From Bigelowiella natans CCMP2755 (taxonomy: Eukaryota; Protista; Cercozoa): 64,000 bases of DNA. Each line of letters begins with the position of its first letter. Position 1 is the stretch's first letter. The notes under the pieces were generated by a model that saw only the letters and a program-made list of their open reading frames with translations, was not told the origin of the DNA and made no database searches. Positions 62,230 through 64,000 of this stretch are shown piece after piece. Location of the stretch: contig ADNK01000156.1 of the NCBI GenBank assembly GCA_000320545.1, forward strand, positions 48,978 through 112,977, given 5' to 3'. Both the position numbers and the translations under genes were made by a program.

Positions 62230-63934
62230 TGTTGCTATTATTCTGATCCCATTGTATTTTTTGGACATCTACGTTTGATCTTCTGAAAAAAGCACAGACG
62301 TAACCAAACTCACACACAACTCAGGATCATCATCATGATCATCATCTTCATCATCTATCATTTCACAGGTGTACGCATCCTTGTACCATCAACATATATC
62401 ATCGCCACCTCCCATTCAACCTGTGGTAGGCAGCAACTACTACCCGTCTTCGTCGCACTTACTGCCACAGCAGCAGCATCAGCAGCATCAGCAGCAAGCA
62501 CGCCCACACTTACCTGAAGCGATCATGAATCATAATTTGATGAGAAATCCGTCTCCTGAACAACCGCCACTACCCCCTGAGCCTCCTCCCCCATCGGCGA
62601 GAACTATCCACCACCAGCAGCAGCACCAGCACCAGCAGCAGAGTCCACCCCAACTGCAGCACTACCATCATTCACCCACTGCTCCTCTCTACTTTCCAGC
62701 AACCCCGACAGCAACAACGCCTACTTCAGCAGCGCAATTCATGTCTACTCCTTCTCATCTATTTTCTCAGCATCATCATCATCATCAACAGCAGCAGCAG
62801 CAGCAGCAGCAACCACCACGATCCTCCTCCAACAACTCTCCCTTCGCACCTCAGGCAACGACGAACACTGCTGTTCCACACAGTGGCCCATCTCCTTCCC
62901 CTCCCCATAACGAACACGCGATCATGGGGTTCCAGAATGCTTTGGCGTCCATGCCTGCGACTGCAGTTGCGGCTGTCGCTGTAGAGATGCAGCAGCAGCA
63001 TCAACAGCAGCAGCAGCAGGGGCATGCCGGCGATGTGGAAGAGGAGAATCATCGTAAGCGGAACAGCAAACGCGACAACATCTACATCCTCAGCAAAACA
63101 AGGAAGAAGGTGAAGAAATCGCAGCAACGCACAGCGAAGGACGGTAGTATCGGCGGGGAGAACAATATCACCTCTTCTGCTGCTGCTACTATCCATTCTG
63201 AAAGAAGGTCGTCGGTGGCGTCTCATCGGCATCACAATCAAAGCATTTCTCCCTCAGCCCGTGCTTTGCACTCGAGCACTAGCTCTTCATCTTCTTCTTC
63301 GCAACACAACAATGTCGGAAGCTCCTCGCTCATTAACGAGGACCCCTCCACTGTAGTCATTGGCCACGAGGAGGAAGAACACAACGACCAAGATGCGAGC
63401 AAGGCTGCTGCTATCACTACCTCCGCCGCGACCCAGAACAACGACGAGAATAGCAACGGTGAGGGGAAGAAGAAGAAGAAGAATAAGAAAATGGGGAACG
63501 ATGCCGAAGATGATGATGATGGTGCGACCCACATAATCAGCGAGGAAATGCTTATGGCCAACATCTCCCAACTTATCGCTCTCAGAGATGCCAGAAACAG
63601 CAGGCAGCGCCGCAGCACTGGCGCAGGGACTGACGACAACGAAAACATTGCATCGTCTCTGAAGCGGTTTGAAATGGAGCTCGACTTGCTGCTGCACCCT
63701 GAGAAGCAGCGAGAGGTCGATCTCATCAAGTCCACTGTACTCCGCCAACGAAAAAGAAACATCGGGGGGGGGGAGGAGGAGGAGGAGGAGGAAGACGCGA
63801 AAGGGCCGTTGGGCGGTAAAGGACAGTTCCTAGACAGCGCAGAGCTCGCAACTGATGGGAGGGGAAATGATGGCGAGAAGGGAGGCGATGGATCGGAAGA
63901 GAGAGTCATCGATCTCAGGTCGGTGATTCTTTAA
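61373..63934 (+). CDS. Hypothetical protein with a hydrophobic N-terminal anchor, an LRGG motif and a long Gln/His/Pro-rich region; probably continues past the window
   Basis: ORF 61373-62008 (CLFLYLLLAIIYVIQG...SSLRTLRGG) splices to ORF 62369-63934; probable donor ctcag|gtcggt near 63919. Confidence 0.65.
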
Positions 63935-64000
63935 AACAAGCAGGCACATTGCATATACAGGATATATAATTGGTGATGGTGGCGGAGGAGGAGGAGGAGG

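Overview
Gene-dense, intron-rich nuclear DNA of a microbial eukaryote. A chlorarachniophyte/rhizarian-type alga is my best guess; this is an inference from intron style, microsatellite-filled introns and a hydrophobic leader ending in LRGG. About 15 spliced protein genes were reconstructed by eye: a GEP4-type PGP phosphatase, a TLC-domain protein, an intronless CK2 beta, a large hypothetical protein with short introns, a PAN-NHL-Cys-repeat multi-TM receptor, a secreted protein that may be glutamic-peptidase-like, a nucleotide-sugar transporter, a small EF-hand protein, a MOT1 molybdate transporter, a 10-kb ankyrin/DCD/low-complexity gene, a bacterial-type GH50-like agarase and several hypotheticals. 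No rRNA, tRNA, CRISPR array or intact transposon was found. The most striking signal is non-genic. Several longer spacers between genes are depleted of the dinucleotide TpA, and two contain TA-free runs of about 360 bp. The TAs that survive sit mostly in CTAG or CTA/TAG, CpG is not depleted, and intronic (TA)n tracts nearby are intact. This suggests a context-specific TA->CA/TG process confined to untranscribed DNA. In two cases the tract ends at a recurring near-palindromic promoter motif. Exon boundaries, gene ends and all counts are manual and approximate.
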